Assembly: GCA_963745075.1 (NCBI GenBank)
Contig: CAVUWV010000018.1
Location: forward strand, 96,001-160,000
Direction: 5' to 3'
Length of the DNA: 64,000 nucleotides
Source: Candidatus Hydrogenedentota bacterium
GTDB taxonomy: Bacteria; Hydrogenedentota; Hydrogenedentia; Hydrogenedentales; SLHB01
Below, one piece after another: positions 18,847 to 28,775 of this stretch (position 1 is the stretch's first letter; every line of letters starts with the position of its first letter). Made by a program: the position numbers and the translations under genes. Below the pieces are notes generated by a model. That model had not been told where the DNA came from and made no database searches. It saw only the letters and a program-made list of their open reading frames with translations.

Positions 18847-20270
18847 CAGCAACGCCGGATTGCTTCCAGTATGGCGGGCGCGATGCGATTGATATTGCCT
18901 GCGCCGAGCACCAGCACCACGTCGCCTTCCTGCACGTCTGGCGCAAGCGCTTCCGCCACGGAATTCATGTCGGAAATCAGTTCGACGTGCGCCCAGCCCT
19001 TTTCGCGCGCGGCATTGACGATGAGTCCGGAATCGACGCCGGGCATGGGCTCTTCCCGGGAGGGATAGATGTCCGTGACGATCGCGCGGTCACAGATCGC
19101 CAATTCGCGGGCAAAGGCTTCGTAGAAGAACTTGGTGCGACTGTACAGATGGGGCTGAAAAACGGCGACAATACGACCGGGCTTCATCCACCGCACGGCT
19201 TCCAAGGTGCTGGCGATCTCGGTCGGATGATGGGCGTAGTCTTCGATGACGGCAACCCCGCGGCATTCCCCGCAGATCTGGAGGCGGCGGCGGACCCCAT
19301 CGTACATCTGCAATCCGTCGGCAATGTGGCCAAAATTCATCCCGAGACAGAGTCCCACTGCGCAGGCGGCCAGGGCATTGTTCACGTTGTGAGCGCCGAT
19401 CGCATTGAAGGTGAGAGCGCCCAGTTCCCCTACCCTCCCCAGCCGCTCGTCGTGGCTGGTGACGTCGACTCGAGTACACATGAGGGTTGTGGGCGCCGTG
19501 CCGTTGCTACCATTGCAGGGGCGCACATTGGTCCCACGAAGCAGCGCGCCTTCCTGTATGCCATAGGTCATGCACACGCTCTCAATGTCTTTGAGGATAC
19601 TCCGGCAGTTGGGGTCGTCCCAGCACACGATCGAGTAGCCGTAGAAGGGCACGCCATTGCAGAATTCGATGAAGGCGCGTTTGATATTGTCCAGCGTGCC
19701 GTAGTATTCGAGATGCTCGGCGTCGATGTTCGTGACCACGCCGATGGTCGGGTGCAAGCGGAGAAAGGAACCGTCGTGCTCGTCGGCCTCGGCCACGAGA
19801 TAGTCCCCAGTTCCCCAGCGCGCGTTGGTGCCGCTGCGATGGAGGATGCCGCCGATGATGCTGGTGGCGCCAAAGTTGGCGCGGTCCATGATGGCGCTGA
19901 TCATGGAGGTGGTCGTTGTCTTTCCATGGGTGCCGCCGACGGCGACGGCGTTGGATTTGAGTCGCATCAGATCCGCGAGCAATTCACTGCGATGGATGAC
20001 CGGAATGCCCCGGTCGCGCGCGGCGACCACCTCGGGGTTGTCCTCGGCGACTGCCGCCGAGACGACCAAGATGCCGGCGTCACCGACGTTTGCGGGATCA
20101 TGGCCCTCGTGGAAGCAAAGGCCGTACTGCTCGAGGCGTTGCGTGATCTCGCTGGCTTTCAAATCGGAGCCGGACACGGCATAGTCGAGATTCAAGAGGA
20201 TCTCGGCGAGACCGCTCATGCCGATCCCGCCGACCCCGACAAAGTGAACCTTTCGCTTCCGGCCGTTCAA
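18846..20270 (-). CDS. murC: UDP-N-acetylmuramate--L-alanine ligase
   Basis: HFVGVGGIGMSG, GTHGKTTT, EADEHDGS, DYAHHPTE, FQPHLYSRT; AGGAG before TTG 20270. Confidence 0.97.
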   Translation of the reverse strand: MNGRKRKVHFVGVGGIGMSGLAEILLNLDYAVSGSDLKASEITQRLEQYGLCFHEGHDPANVGDAGILVVSAAVAEDNPEVVAARDRGIPVIHRSELLADLMRLKSNAVAVGGTHGKTTTTSMISAIMDRANFGATSIIGGILHRSGTNARWGTGDYLVAEADEHDGSFLRLHPTIGVVTNIDAEHLEYYGTLDNIKRAFIEFCNGVPFYGYSIVCWDDPNCRSILKDIESVCMTYGIQEGALLRGTNVRPCNGSNGTAPTTLMCTRVDVTSHDERLGRVGELGALTFNAIGAHNVNNALAACAVGLCLGMNFGHIADGLQMYDGVRRRLQICGECRGVAVIEDYAHHPTEIASTLEAVRWMKPGRIVAVFQPHLYSRTKFFYEAFARELAICDRAIVTDIYPSREEPMPGVDSGLIVNAAREKGWAHVELISDMNSVAEALAPDVQEGDVVLVLGAGNINRIAPAILEAIRRC

Positions 20271-20405
20271 CGCCCCACTCCTACCTCGCACAGCTCACCG
20301 TGGACCACGATACCCCGCGTACAGGCCCAAAACCTGCAACGGAGAGCGCGACGGCGAGTAACGCTCTCGAGAGAATCGATGGGTCCGCTTAGTAGAACCC
20401 AGAGA

Positions 20406-20493
20406 ACCCAATATGTTGTGGCACCAGGCATTATAGCACAAGTTTGCATACAAGTGAAGGTACCTAAAATGAGATAAACCCAATATTTTGTGG
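20406..20493 (-). promoter_or_regulatory. murC operon promoter flanked by two NrdR-box-like 16-mers
   Basis: Minus strand TTCACT-17-TATAAT with TG extension (20458-20430); ACCCAATATGTTGTGG (20406-20421) and ACCCAATATTTTGTGG (20478-20493). Confidence 0.6.
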
Positions 20494-20748
20494 TCATGTG
20501 GAGAGCAGGCGAGGCTCTATCCATTTCCTCTCAAACCACTGTCTCAAAATGACTTACCCCTGAGACACCCGAGAAGCCATTCGGAAATCGTCCGTCACTG
20601 TTGGTCTTGATCCGTTGACAAAGGAAATGGATTCCGCGTATCCCTCATGGCTTCCTGGTTCGACATGTTGCGCGGGGGAAACTTTCGCGGGAACGGGGAC
20701 ATTAATCTGAGAACTCAAAGCGGTTGACCTAGGAAGGAGGGGTGTGGG

Positions 20749-22308
20749 TTGTCGCGATTTCAATCCCCGTTCTGTCCAAACATCACGCCTGAGAAGGTAA
20801 CACGGCGCGGGTTCGGGTGCGTGATGCTTGGCGTGTTCCTGGGCGTATTGTCCGCGCAAGCTCAACCGATGGTTGGGCAGTATGGACTGTTCGAATTGAC
20901 CATCTCATCCCAGACGCACCATAAAAATCCGTTCACCGATGTCAATCCGGTCGCAACGGTGACTGGACCAGATGGTGCGTCACAGCGCGTACGTTGCTTC
21001 TACGATGGGGCGTCCGAAAACGGCGACGGGATTTGGCGTTTTCGATACATGCCCATGGCGACGGGTGATTACCGCTTCGCCGTCGAATCGGACGACTTGG
21101 AACTGGACGGTGCAACGGGTGCGTTTCGTTGCGTCGCGTCAAAACGCAGCGGACCGATTCGCCCCTCGTCGTTCAATCCGCACCTCACGGTCTATGCGAA
21201 CGGCGACAGCTATGTGCCAGTCGGCGATTGTGCGTTCTTCATTCTCTCCGACCAATGGGATCAGAAAAAACGGCTTACCTGGATTGACGACGTCGCGTCC
21301 AAAGGCGTGAACAAGGTGATCATGTGCATGGTCAACGACGATGGCCCCAGTGTGATGCCGTGGCTGGGCGACCGCCATGCGCGCGACTACACGCGCTTCG
21401 ACCTCGAACGGATGCGGGCATGGGAAGAGCTCGTGCAGCACATGGATGACCGGGGCGTCATCGCATACCTTTGGTTCTACTCCGACGACTCGTCTGCGAT
21501 ATATCCGCCCAAGAACAGCGACGTGGAGCGGCAGTATTTCGAATACATCGTGGCGCGGTTTGCAGCCTACGAAAACGTCGTATGGAATCTTGCGCTCGAA
21601 TACCGGGAGTACCGCGATGATGTCTGGGCGCGGGCCATGGCGGATCTCGTCAAAGAGGAGGATCCCTACGATCACCTCGTCGCGATTCATCTCGGGGAGG
21701 ACTTCCCGGAACCGCTCTATGGTTCCGCGATCGACGTGTATTCGTCGCAAACCCGCCCCCGGCCCATCAAAACACCCGAGGAAATCCGCGCGGCCGTTCA
21801 CAAGAACCAGGAGCAAACGAACGCCGCGGGCAAACCGATCATCTTCTGGACGGAGGAATGGTGTTACGAGCCCCGCGAAGATGAACGGGAAAGTGTGCTG
21901 AATCTCATGTGGACGTCCACGCTGCAAGGCGGCGGCTACACGATCATGAGCGGAAACTTCTGGAACCGAGAAGGGCAATTGAATTGGTGGAATGATTGCG
22001 ACGCGGTGTTCGCGATTCTCTTGCGACGGGTCCATCACTTCGAACGTATGCAGATCCACAACGAACTCGTGGAAGGCGGCGGGGAGTCGCGGTTCTGCAT
22101 GGCGAACCCCGGCGAGGAGTATCTGTTTCTCGTGACCGACGACGGCGAGTTAAAACTCAATCTCGACGAACGTTCCGACGCGATATCTGCGGAGTGGTGG
22201 GACATCGACACGGGTGAGGTGTCGCCGTTAAGACTTGAGGCCGACACGTTCACAAACCCGATTCCGGTTCCGTGCAAGCAGGCGGTGTTGCATCTGGCCA
22301 AACGGTGA
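20749..22308 (+). CDS. Secreted DUF5060/DUF4038 (apiosidase-like) putative glycoside hydrolase
   Basis: NPFTDV..ATVTGPDG..FYDG..WRFRYMP; YIVARFAAYENVVWNLALEY; DPYDHL; MANPGEEYL. Confidence 0.75.
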   Translation: MSRFQSPFCPNITPEKVTRRGFGCVMLGVFLGVLSAQAQPMVGQYGLFELTISSQTHHKNPFTDVNPVATVTGPDGASQRVRCFYDGASENGDGIWRFRYMPMATGDYRFAVESDDLELDGATGAFRCVASKRSGPIRPSSFNPHLTVYANGDSYVPVGDCAFFILSDQWDQKKRLTWIDDVASKGVNKVIMCMVNDDGPSVMPWLGDRHARDYTRFDLERMRAWEELVQHMDDRGVIAYLWFYSDDSSAIYPPKNSDVERQYFEYIVARFAAYENVVWNLALEYREYRDDVWARAMADLVKEEDPYDHLVAIHLGEDFPEPLYGSAIDVYSSQTRPRPIKTPEEIRAAVHKNQEQTNAAGKPIIFWTEEWCYEPREDERESVLNLMWTSTLQGGGYTIMSGNFWNREGQLNWWNDCDAVFAILLRRVHHFERMQIHNELVEGGGESRFCMANPGEEYLFLVTDDGELKLNLDERSDAISAEWWDIDTGEVSPLRLEADTFTNPIPVPCKQAVLHLAKR

Positions 22309-22654
22309 GGAACATCAGGGGCATCGCAACAAATATGCGTGTCAAAAACCCGATTCCTTCAACCGCGAGAAATTCCGATGAGTTTCCAGACGCCTGCCGG
22401 TGGGAACATCGGTCTCGATTGCACCCACGCTGAGATTTCCCGCGAACTGGATTTGTGTAGTCTCCATGCATCGCAGGCGCGACTCGGAGCGCGTCATCCC
22501 GCCCCGTTTGTCAAAGCTCGATTAAAATGTCCCCGGTGTTAACTCGTTAGAAATGTCCCCTGTTTTTTGTTTTCTGCTACAGTAGGTGGACTTGGCGGGA
22601 GGATAGGGCAACGCTGGAGAGCGACCTGAGCGCCCGTCAGGTGGATAGACGGTT

Positions 22655-22697
22655 CCGGGACAGCCACCCCGGGTGGGGTGGCTGTCCCGGCTTTTTG
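22655..22697 (+). terminator. Intrinsic terminator inside the IS, downstream of and antisense to the transposase
   Basis: 16-bp perfect stem CCGGGACAGCCACCCC/GGGGTGGCTGTCCCGG followed by CTTTTTG. Confidence 0.65.
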
Positions 22698-22753
22698 TAA
22701 CCGGAATCCTGCAAAGCGAAAAACTCATTGGTTCTTTCCGATGCCACTGGCCA

Positions 22754-24016
22754 TCATGCCACGCGCCGCTTGCGCCATGGGTGGTCGTGGCGGGGTTTTG
22801 GTTTTGATGGGGGGGTGCTGGCCTTGGGCTTTTTCGCGGCGGGCTTGGCGGGTCTGCACGGCGGTTCGTCGAGTTGTTCATAGTCGAGTTTGTGACCGTT
22901 GTACACGAGGTGAATGCTTCCATCGAGCCAAGTGCGTACGAGGACCTTGTGCTTCGGTTTGGGCAAGTGCTTCTTGGTTTTGTGTATTTGGAAAAAGCGG
23001 TTTTGGTGACGAACGGTCCAGTCATTGCCCACGGTACGGTACTCTTCAAAGCAGAACACGTCGCGCAGGTCGACGTTCTTGGGGAGCCGACGGTGGAGGT
23101 TATGCGTCTTTTGTGCGGGACGGGCAAACTTTTCGTTGAGGTGGTCGACGAAGCCGTTTTCCAGTAAGGCATTGGTCTGCTCAATGGTGGTGATTTGGCG
23201 TAAGCGCAGTTCGTGGAACAGGCGGTCTTGATAGACGCCGTGATTGCGTTCCACCCGGCCTTTGGCTTGAGGGCTGTAGGCGGTAATGATCTGAATTCCC
23301 AGCTTTTTACAGGCTTTTCCGAAGCTGGTCAAGGGTTCTTCGTCCGCCAACTGCTCTTCCACCGTCGGTTCGCGCTCCGTGACATATACGGTCTTGCGGT
23401 CACAATACAGCGCCTTGGGGACGCCGTAACGCTCAATCCACTTCCACAGGGTCCGCATGGCAGCCTCGGTGGTTTCTTGGACATCCATCGTAGCCAAGGT
23501 ACGCCCCGTGGCGTCGTCCACCAGATTCATCAGACACGCTCGGGGATAGTCGGGACCGAACCAGGCGTGGTGACTGCCGTCGAACTGGACCAACTCTCCG
23601 AAGTGCTCCTTACGCGGCCGCCGCGTTCGATGGGGACCCCGTTTGCGGGCTCGTTGCCAAAGCCCCGCCGCAATCAGCCAGCGCCGCAGCGTCTCGTGGT
23701 CCAGCACCAAACCCTCCTCCGCCAGCTTCTCGGCCGCCAACGTCGGACCCATGCCCTTGTAGCGCTCCTCGTAACGCGCCAGCACCTTCTCCCGCATTTC
23801 CGGGGGCTTGGCCCGCGCAGACGACTTCCCGCGCCGCCGGTGAACCAGCCCTACATCTCCTTCCCGGCGATACCGCGCATACACCCGCTTACACTGCCGG
23901 TAGCTCAACCCCAGCATCTCCGCCGCCTCACGCAGCTTCAACGCACCACTCTTCACACGATCCAACACCGACTTGCGCGTACGCTCCTTGCGACTCATCA
24001 AAATGTCCCCTTCCAC
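22754..24016 (-). CDS. DDE transposase, IS1202/ISNCY family, intact
   Basis: HTH; GPTLAAEKL; GELVQFDGSHH; VDDATG; LYCDR; SPQAKGRVER. Confidence 0.93.
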   Translation of the reverse strand: MEGDILMSRKERTRKSVLDRVKSGALKLREAAEMLGLSYRQCKRVYARYRREGDVGLVHRRRGKSSARAKPPEMREKVLARYEERYKGMGPTLAAEKLAEEGLVLDHETLRRWLIAAGLWQRARKRGPHRTRRPRKEHFGELVQFDGSHHAWFGPDYPRACLMNLVDDATGRTLATMDVQETTEAAMRTLWKWIERYGVPKALYCDRKTVYVTEREPTVEEQLADEEPLTSFGKACKKLGIQIITAYSPQAKGRVERNHGVYQDRLFHELRLRQITTIEQTNALLENGFVDHLNEKFARPAQKTHNLHRRLPKNVDLRDVFCFEEYRTVGNDWTVRHQNRFFQIHKTKKHLPKPKHKVLVRTWLDGSIHLVYNGHKLDYEQLDEPPCRPAKPAAKKPKASTPPSKPKPRHDHPWRKRRVA

Positions 24017-24229
24017 GCAGCCTCCTTTCTAAGGCCGCAACCATGGGGACATTTCTAATGAGTTTTCCAGGGGACATTATCAAAGAGTTTCGACAGTCAT
24101 CCGGCCCCGTTCTTGCTTCCTCGGACGCCTCCCCGATACACTACGCGGATATTGTGCGTCGCGGTGGAGCCGCGGTCACATCCACGGAGGCACGTGCGGG
24201 TACGGGCGTAGTTTGGCGGAGGAAGGATT

Positions 24230-25555
24230 ATGACCGAAGAGCATTCAATCAAGAAGATTCCATGGCACAGTGGGCTCAACGGATATCACTGGCTCGTGCT
24301 GGTGCTGGCATCTTGCGGCTGGCTGTTCGACACGATGGACCAGTGGCTCTACGTGCTGGCTCGCCAACCCGCCTTGCAGGAACTTACCGGTTTGACCGAT
24401 GTCTCCCAAATCTCGGGATGGGCGAACGGCATCTTCATTGCCGGCTGGGCGACGGGCGGCTTCTTCTTCGGGATGGTCGGCGATCGGCTGGGCCGAACGC
24501 GGACGATGGCCATCACCATCTTCATCTACGCGCTGTTCACCGGGATGAGCAGCTTCGCGCCGAACTGGCATATGTTCGCCCTGTTCCGCTTCTTGACAGG
24601 ACTCGGCATCGGCGGCGAATTCGCCGCGGGCGCCGCGCTCATTGCGGAATCCTTTCCGGATCATGCACGGCCGACGGCGCTGGGCATCATGCAAGCGGCA
24701 TCGGCATTTGGAAACATTCTGGCGGGCGCCATCAGCTATGCCGTGTTCAGTGTCGTCCCACAGGAAGGTGTCGATGCCATGGGGCTCCATTTGACGGGGT
24801 GGCGCGTGATCTTTCTCGTGGGATTCTTCCCGGCTCTTCTCGTCTTCGCGATTCAAATTTTCGTGAAGGAACCGGAGAAATGGAGCGCGGCCCGGGACAA
24901 GGCGCGCGCCGGCGATATCAAGCTGGGTAATATCACCCATCTCTTTTTGGAGCCTCGGCTGTTGCGCCACACGTTGATTGGTGTGGGCCTCGCGGCGGTG
25001 GGCGTGATCGGCTTCTGGGGCATCGGCACCTTCTCGCCGGACCTGCTGAGCGCCGCAATTAATCCCAAGAACCTGCCCGACTTGGTCGACATTACGAATC
25101 AACGTAAGAGTGTCGCTGTGATGATTCAGAATTTCGGCGCGTTCTTCGGCATCCTGGGATGGACGTGGCTCGCACAGCGCATCGGACGCAAGAAGACGTT
25201 CGCGGTGACGTTCCTGGCCTGCGCGGTTGCGGTTCCCGCGACGTTCTACTTGACGCGGTCCTACGCGACGGCCCTGATCATGTTCCCGATCATGGGATTC
25301 TTCACGACGTCTTTGTTCGGCGGCTACGCCATTTATTTCCCGGAACTCTTCCCGACGCGCCTTCGTGCCACAGGTACTGGCTTCTGCTACAACGTGGCCC
25401 GGTACATTGCAATCCTTGGCCCCACGACGATGGGATCGTTAAGCGCGTCCTATGGCATTCGCATGGCGGCAACGATGGTTTCCGTCGTCTTCATCTTGGG
25501 CTTGTTTGTACTACCGTTTGCACCGGAAACGAAGGACAAGCCGCTGGAAGAGTAG
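24230..25555 (+). CDS. MFS transporter (sialate/aromatic acid:H+ symporter-like)
   Basis: GWLFDTMD, GMVGDRLGRTR, GIGGEFAAG, PELFPTRLRATG; ~12 TMs. Confidence 0.93.
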   Translation: MTEEHSIKKIPWHSGLNGYHWLVLVLASCGWLFDTMDQWLYVLARQPALQELTGLTDVSQISGWANGIFIAGWATGGFFFGMVGDRLGRTRTMAITIFIYALFTGMSSFAPNWHMFALFRFLTGLGIGGEFAAGAALIAESFPDHARPTALGIMQAASAFGNILAGAISYAVFSVVPQEGVDAMGLHLTGWRVIFLVGFFPALLVFAIQIFVKEPEKWSAARDKARAGDIKLGNITHLFLEPRLLRHTLIGVGLAAVGVIGFWGIGTFSPDLLSAAINPKNLPDLVDITNQRKSVAVMIQNFGAFFGILGWTWLAQRIGRKKTFAVTFLACAVAVPATFYLTRSYATALIMFPIMGFFTTSLFGGYAIYFPELFPTRLRATGTGFCYNVARYIAILGPTTMGSLSASYGIRMAATMVSVVFILGLFVLPFAPETKDKPLEE

Positions 25556-25580
25556 CTCCCGCAACGATTCGATCCACATC

Positions 25581-25604
25581 AAGGGCGGCCCAACGGCCGC
25601 CCTT
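25581..25604. terminator. Hairpin between convergent genes
   Basis: AAGGGCGGCC-CAAC-GGCCGCCCTT. Confidence 0.6.
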
Positions 25605-25606
25605 CT

Positions 25607-28057
25607 CTATTCCTCCCAAGCGGTGTCTACGCCCACGGCTTCCGGCGCCTCGTCCAAGAAGTACAATTCCAATTCCCACACCGTGTACCCCGGACCCGGA
25701 TCGAAGAAGTAGATCTCGGCGGTATAGTTGTTCTCGGCGTTGGGCTGCTGAAGCACGAAGGGATGAATTTCACCGGACTGCATGTCGCGAAGAAAGACGG
25801 TTCCGGCACGTGCGGGTAGGGGTGCGAAAAATGTCGTGGTATCGGAATGTATCGGGTCGGCCGCAATGTGTTCGATCGCGACCTGATCCCTTTGAACTTT
25901 GAGAATGTCTTTTCCGTCTACCATACCCTTCCAATGGAGCACCTTCACGGCGTCCTCCGCGCGCGCGACGACAAGCTCTTTGTCCTTCTCCTGATGGGCA
26001 AGAATAAGTTCCGACACTTCCGACGGATCCGGAGCGGCCGCCAATTTCGCTTCCGCCGCATCGAGGTCATCCAACGCGTCGCGGGCGTTAATCCGGAATT
26101 GATCGATTCCATAAAGCTTGTATCCGAACCCAGGCGCGGCGCGGAACTCCGCAACGGCCGAATCGAGCCGATCGAGTTCGGCTGCAAGGAGCGAGCGGAA
26201 TTCATCCGTACGCTGTTCGCGATAGTCGAAATACGCGAAGCAGGTTTTTACGTAGGCGTGGTTTGTCGCGATGAGCGCCCGGGCCAGTTCCAACGAGTCC
26301 ATCACGTGGCTTGCGACGTTCGGGTCGTCAAACAGCGGCTTCGCCTTCTCCCCCAGCGCCTGCATGTGTTCAACCAGATAGTGTCCTACAAGAAGGTAGG
26401 CGAGAGCTTCCTCTTTGTGCGGTTTGGACGGTACGTACATAGTATCGTGCAACCATTGGATGTGTTCTTTGCCCCGGTCAATCGCTGGGAAGCCGCGCAG
26501 CACGAACGTCGTAAGGCGCAAGTGCGGGAGCGTATTCCACTCGACCGACTCCGCAACGGGCTTGATGTACAAACCGTGTCTGTACGCGTCGCCGGAGAGC
26601 ATGATAACTTCGCCCATCGTCTGGGCGGTCTTGCGTCCAAAGTGAATGGAAGCGAAATCCTCCGCAATGGTTCGGGGGTCCTCCAAGGGATCCCATGACA
26701 TCCGAAATGCTGTGTACACGGTCAACTCTCCGGACCCCCACCCCGCACCGGAGGCCGATCCGAACTGGGACCCCACGATGTTGCTGTCCTGACCGCGCCA
26801 AAGCTTGTCGAACCCTTTTTGGAAATACAGACCAGGGTAGGTTGGGAAGATCTTCTCAGACCCGCCTTCGTGATAGTTCATGGACGCGAGCAACACGAGC
26901 ATCTTATGCGGCGTGAGGTTAAACGTGGGATTGATGGGCTGGTAGAACCAGCGGTCGCCACGGGTCAGGTACGGGGAAAGATACAGGTTCTTCGTCGGTA
27001 CTGCGCCGGTGAAGATGGCGCGATAAACGTCCGCGTTGGAGTGTTGTTCGGTCGAGCCGGTGACCCAGGTTCGGTGGTAGTAGAGCTTGTCGAACTCCCC
27101 GACCACGACTTCATGCATCTTCTGCACAAAAGTCCGGTAGCGGCGTTCGAGGGGCCAGTCGGGGACCTCCGGTTCGTGCATGACGTCGTAGGGTTTCCAA
27201 GGCTCGACGACCCGGGTCAGTTCACCCGTGCGAATGCGGACGCCGTCAATGCCGGGCATGGCGGTGAGCAGACGCCGGTACTTGTCCTGCAACATATCCC
27301 ACAACGCGTCGTCGTCCGGGTTCGTCGTCGCGTCGAACGTCGCCAGTACGTCCGGAAGATAAGAAAACTCGTCGGCCACGGTGAAGAACTTCATATGTAA
27401 CGCATGCGCGTAGTCGATCAGGGGTTGAGTCTCGCTGCGGTGTTGGGCGTTCTCCGTCGCCAATGGCTCGACATCGTAGGGAACGAGCGCGTTCGTGTCG
27501 GCGCTGGTCGTCCAGTTGACGGTAAACCGGAGTGCGTCGCGCATCGCTCCCTGGCTCGGCCCGCCACCGGAACGGATACTAAAGGCCGGCGCGCGAACCA
27601 GATTCAGGTCGGGCACTTCCTTGAAGACGCGCAGGCGATCCCAGAGCCAGTAGAGGCCGTAGACATCGCCCTCGATCGCCCCCCCGGCAATGACGATGAC
27701 ACGGTCATTACCGATTCGTCCGCTGCGGATTTCGAACCCCTGAGGATTTCTAACACCGAGAAGTTTCAGCGAGACTTCCTTCGCGGTGGTCTCCGCAAGC
27801 GGATTGCGGGACGCATCGCCCAGTACGATGCGGTGACCGGACAGGGGAGTGTTCGGATCGTACACGCTGAATTGAATTCCGAGGTCCGAACCCGCACTTT
27901 GCAGATCATTGATGGCAAGTGCGACGGCCTTGTCGTCCCGTTGAGTAGGGCCGAGTACTATCCCCCACTCTTCCGCCCTCGCGGCTTTTGGAAAGACCAT
28001 CACATTTAGAAGCAGAAAAAGCGCCACCGCTACTTTACGCACGACGTACTCCCCCAT
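25607..28057 (-). CDS. Large secreted protein, putative glycoside hydrolase (GH20/67/115-type N-terminal domain)
   Basis: Signal peptide; QGFEIR...VIAGGAIEGDVYGLYWL; 816 aa. Confidence 0.6.
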   Translation of the reverse strand: MGEYVVRKVAVALFLLLNVMVFPKAARAEEWGIVLGPTQRDDKAVALAINDLQSAGSDLGIQFSVYDPNTPLSGHRIVLGDASRNPLAETTAKEVSLKLLGVRNPQGFEIRSGRIGNDRVIVIAGGAIEGDVYGLYWLWDRLRVFKEVPDLNLVRAPAFSIRSGGGPSQGAMRDALRFTVNWTTSADTNALVPYDVEPLATENAQHRSETQPLIDYAHALHMKFFTVADEFSYLPDVLATFDATTNPDDDALWDMLQDKYRRLLTAMPGIDGVRIRTGELTRVVEPWKPYDVMHEPEVPDWPLERRYRTFVQKMHEVVVGEFDKLYYHRTWVTGSTEQHSNADVYRAIFTGAVPTKNLYLSPYLTRGDRWFYQPINPTFNLTPHKMLVLLASMNYHEGGSEKIFPTYPGLYFQKGFDKLWRGQDSNIVGSQFGSASGAGWGSGELTVYTAFRMSWDPLEDPRTIAEDFASIHFGRKTAQTMGEVIMLSGDAYRHGLYIKPVAESVEWNTLPHLRLTTFVLRGFPAIDRGKEHIQWLHDTMYVPSKPHKEEALAYLLVGHYLVEHMQALGEKAKPLFDDPNVASHVMDSLELARALIATNHAYVKTCFAYFDYREQRTDEFRSLLAAELDRLDSAVAEFRAAPGFGYKLYGIDQFRINARDALDDLDAAEAKLAAAPDPSEVSELILAHQEKDKELVVARAEDAVKVLHWKGMVDGKDILKVQRDQVAIEHIAADPIHSDTTTFFAPLPARAGTVFLRDMQSGEIHPFVLQQPNAENNYTAEIYFFDPGPGYTVWELELYFLDEAPEAVGVDTAWEE

Positions 28058-28197
28058 GGTAAGGTTTCATCACCGGCTCGTATGGGCTCAGTATACGGAA
28101 TTTGCACGGGTCGTGCAGTCCGGACGCCCGCAACACAGTAGTCGTTGCCGTGCCATGACGAACCGTATAGAATCGCGGGGATTGGAGGTTTCAGTAT

Positions 28198-28728
28198 ATG
28201 GACGGTTGCGAATCCGTGGTTATTCGTCCGGAAACACCGGACGATTTCGACGCTGTGACGCAAGTGAACGAGAACGCTTTCGGACGTCCGGACGAGGCGA
28301 AGCTGGTGGCTGCGTTGCGGGAACAGGCATATCCGATCGTGTCGCTCGTTGCGGTCCGGGACGAACGCGTCGTGGGTCACATTCTTTTCACGCCGGTAAT
28401 CGCGGAGGAGGCGCTGGTGACACCGGGCCTACTCATGGGTCTCGCGCCGATGGCGGTCCGGCTCGGCAACCAGCGCGCGGGAATCGGTTCGCAGCTTGTG
28501 CGCACCGGGTTGGAAGCGTGCACCACGCTGGGTTGCGCCGCCGTCGTCGTGCTCGGACATCCGGAGTACTATCCGCGTTTTGGTTTCGTGCCCGCGTCCA
28601 CGTTTGGACTGCGCAGCGAGTATCCGGTGCCGGATGAGATCTTCATGGCGATGGAGCTTGTGCCCGATGCCTTGGAGGCGTGCCACGGCGTAATCAAATA
28701 TCATCCGGCTTTCGCGGACCTTGAATAG
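28198..28728 (+). CDS. GNAT N-acetyltransferase (YhbS-like)
   Basis: IRPE, VVGHILFTPV, LAPMAV, QRAGIGSQL, LGHPEYYPRFGF. Confidence 0.93.
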   Translation: MDGCESVVIRPETPDDFDAVTQVNENAFGRPDEAKLVAALREQAYPIVSLVAVRDERVVGHILFTPVIAEEALVTPGLLMGLAPMAVRLGNQRAGIGSQLVRTGLEACTTLGCAAVVVLGHPEYYPRFGFVPASTFGLRSEYPVPDEIFMAMELVPDALEACHGVIKYHPAFADLE

Positions 28729-28775
28729 ACGAGACCTATCCGGACAATCAATCACACATAGAAGGATCTATTCTC

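Larger units (their letters stand above)
22509..24095 (-). mobile_element. IS1202-family (ISNCY/IS481-like) insertion sequence, 1587 bp
   Basis: TGT...ACA termini; ~50-bp imperfect IRs each with two AATGTCCCC motifs; 16-bp flanking direct repeat GTCATCC(C/G)GCCCCGTT at 22493-22508 and 24096-24111. Confidence 0.9.

Noticed and set aside
18840..20477. Long antisense ORFs (545 aa opposite murC; similar ones opposite the sulfatase, Gfo/Idh/MocA, ankyrin and beta-helix genes)
   Set aside because: Expected shadow ORFs in high-GC coding DNA; no motifs.
20695..20712. GGGGACATT motif like the IS1202 end repeats
   Set aside because: Single 9-bp match without a paired motif or ACA terminus; could be chance.
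22523..22560. Repeated AAATGTCCCC units as a possible CRISPR array
   Set aside because: Only two units per end, and they are IS subterminal repeats; no cas genes or spacers.
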